The position numbers were made by a program, and so were the translations under genes. Positions 62,621 through 64,000 of a stretch of DNA of 64,000 nt are shown here, in pieces. The DNA is from Octopus bimaculoides (taxonomy: Eukaryota). The stretch covers positions 78,370,970-78,434,969 of the forward strand of contig NC_068985.1 of NCBI RefSeq assembly GCF_001194135.2, in the 5' to 3' direction. Each line of letters starts with the position of its first letter. Within the stretch, counting starts at the first letter, position 1. Below the pieces are notes generated by a model that was not told the DNA's origin, made no database searches, and saw only the letters and a list, made by a program, of their open reading frames with translations.

Positions 62621-64000
62621 CATTATTTCCGTTATCAATTTTTCAAATATGGAGCTTTGTGTCTTTGTTAGAAACCTATTACTTCTTCAGAGGAAGAATT
62701 TAAATGATTAAAAACAGAAAAGACACACGTACATACATACATACATACATACATATGCAATCAGGTAAACACTAAAGTGAAACGCATATCCATCACACAA
62801 ATATAAGTTATCGCCGAACAGAAACATGATGCGTATATACACACATCAACCCCAACACCTGACTGAACTGAAACAAGGCGACCACAAACCCCAACACCTG
62901 GCTGAACAGAAACAAAAGAGTCTTGCCACTCGGTTAGCGGCCAACTCTCCAAATGAAAAATCTTAAATAAATACCGAAGAAAATTCGGACTCACCATATT
63001 TTAAACTCTGATTTTTTTTAAAAATTCGAATAATAATTTTTTTTTTTTTTTTAAATTAAAATAAAATGAAAAAATTCTTCTTTCGTAACCGTATGAATTC
63101 CCGTGAGTAGAATACAAATTCGTAAAAATTCTCTGAAAATTCCAAAAGATAAAAAGTTATGAGGGGTTGTATGGGGTGCTTGAACCAGAATTCCACCCAC
63201 ATACATACATACATACATATGGATGTATATGTATGCATACATGCATGCATGTATGATCGTATGTATTGATATTATAATGTACATTTCTGTGGAACAGATA
63301 CAATAAAAATTACAATTTTACAATATATAGGTGATGGGGTAGAGCTGCAAACTGATCGGATTATTAGCAGAAGACAATAGACACCCAGTTAATTTACTCT
63401 ATCACTGACATAGATTTCTAGTTAAATACTCACTCAACGTTATTTCTTCTTGACAAGTAATGTCATCGACATGATGATTATGAGTAAAATCATAAAGATA
63501 ATTACTTCGCCGAGATAAATCAACATTCTGGAACTTTATTCTGTATGAATGGGAGATTACTTGCGTTAATACTTTTGTATTGCAGCGTGTGTCTTTTGCT
63601 GTGGCTGGCCTCTTTGTAAGGGATAGAAATTTTGTATTTTAGTGTCGAAGTAAGAAAGAATAACTTTAATTTAACGCGTGTTTTTCTTAACTTTTGAGAG
63701 TAGAGAAATTTTTAAGTGCCGACTGGCAATAGATTTGTGTCCATGCTATGATTAAATGTTAACGAGATGGTCACCGAGTTAGGAAAGGATTAGGTAAGTA
63801 CTGTGTGAAGATGTTTGCTAGATAACTGAACGTGTTATTTAATGGCTGATCCCAGCGTGTAGATGGTAAATGGTTAGTTACAGTATGTACGTGTTTAGAC
63901 AGCTTTCGTGTGCTGACTTTATAGTCAGAATATATAAATGTTGAATAAGACTGATACAGAGTGTAAATCTTAGATGAATAATCTCCGAGTGGATCTTGTC

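Overview
This is eukaryotic, repeat-rich, gapped draft-assembly sequence with eight N gaps. The SINE, MITE and LINE families and the microsatellite load suggest an octopod cephalopod (Octopus-like); that assignment is an inference. Two spliced genes were reconstructed by hand, arranged tail to tail. (1) On the + strand is the 3' half of AP5Z1 (AP-5 complex subunit zeta-1/SPG48): nine in-phase exons at 1055-20530, about 342 codons, with the stop lost in a 40-N gap. (2) On the - strand is a compact, divergent OGFr-family gene: five in-phase exons at 27877-42495 encoding 191 aa plus stop, with candidate upstream exons at 46.6 and 56.4 kb. The rest is tRNA-derived SINEs, hAT/piggyBac/mariner MITEs (several with 8-bp TSDs), Tc1/mariner remnants, RTE, CR1/L2-like, RLE-type and Penelope-like retroelement fragments, foldback elements and mini/microsatellites. 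The most notable observations are: an RTE LINE end with three C2H2 zinc fingers; two RLE-type LINE ends sitting in (CATA)n arrays; a strong orphan + strand exon antisense inside the OGFr-like last intron and in phase with AP5Z1; a shift from CpG-poor to CpG-rich sequence near 31-33 kb; and long intronic inverted repeats close to exons. No CRISPR array, rRNA or intact tRNA gene is supported.
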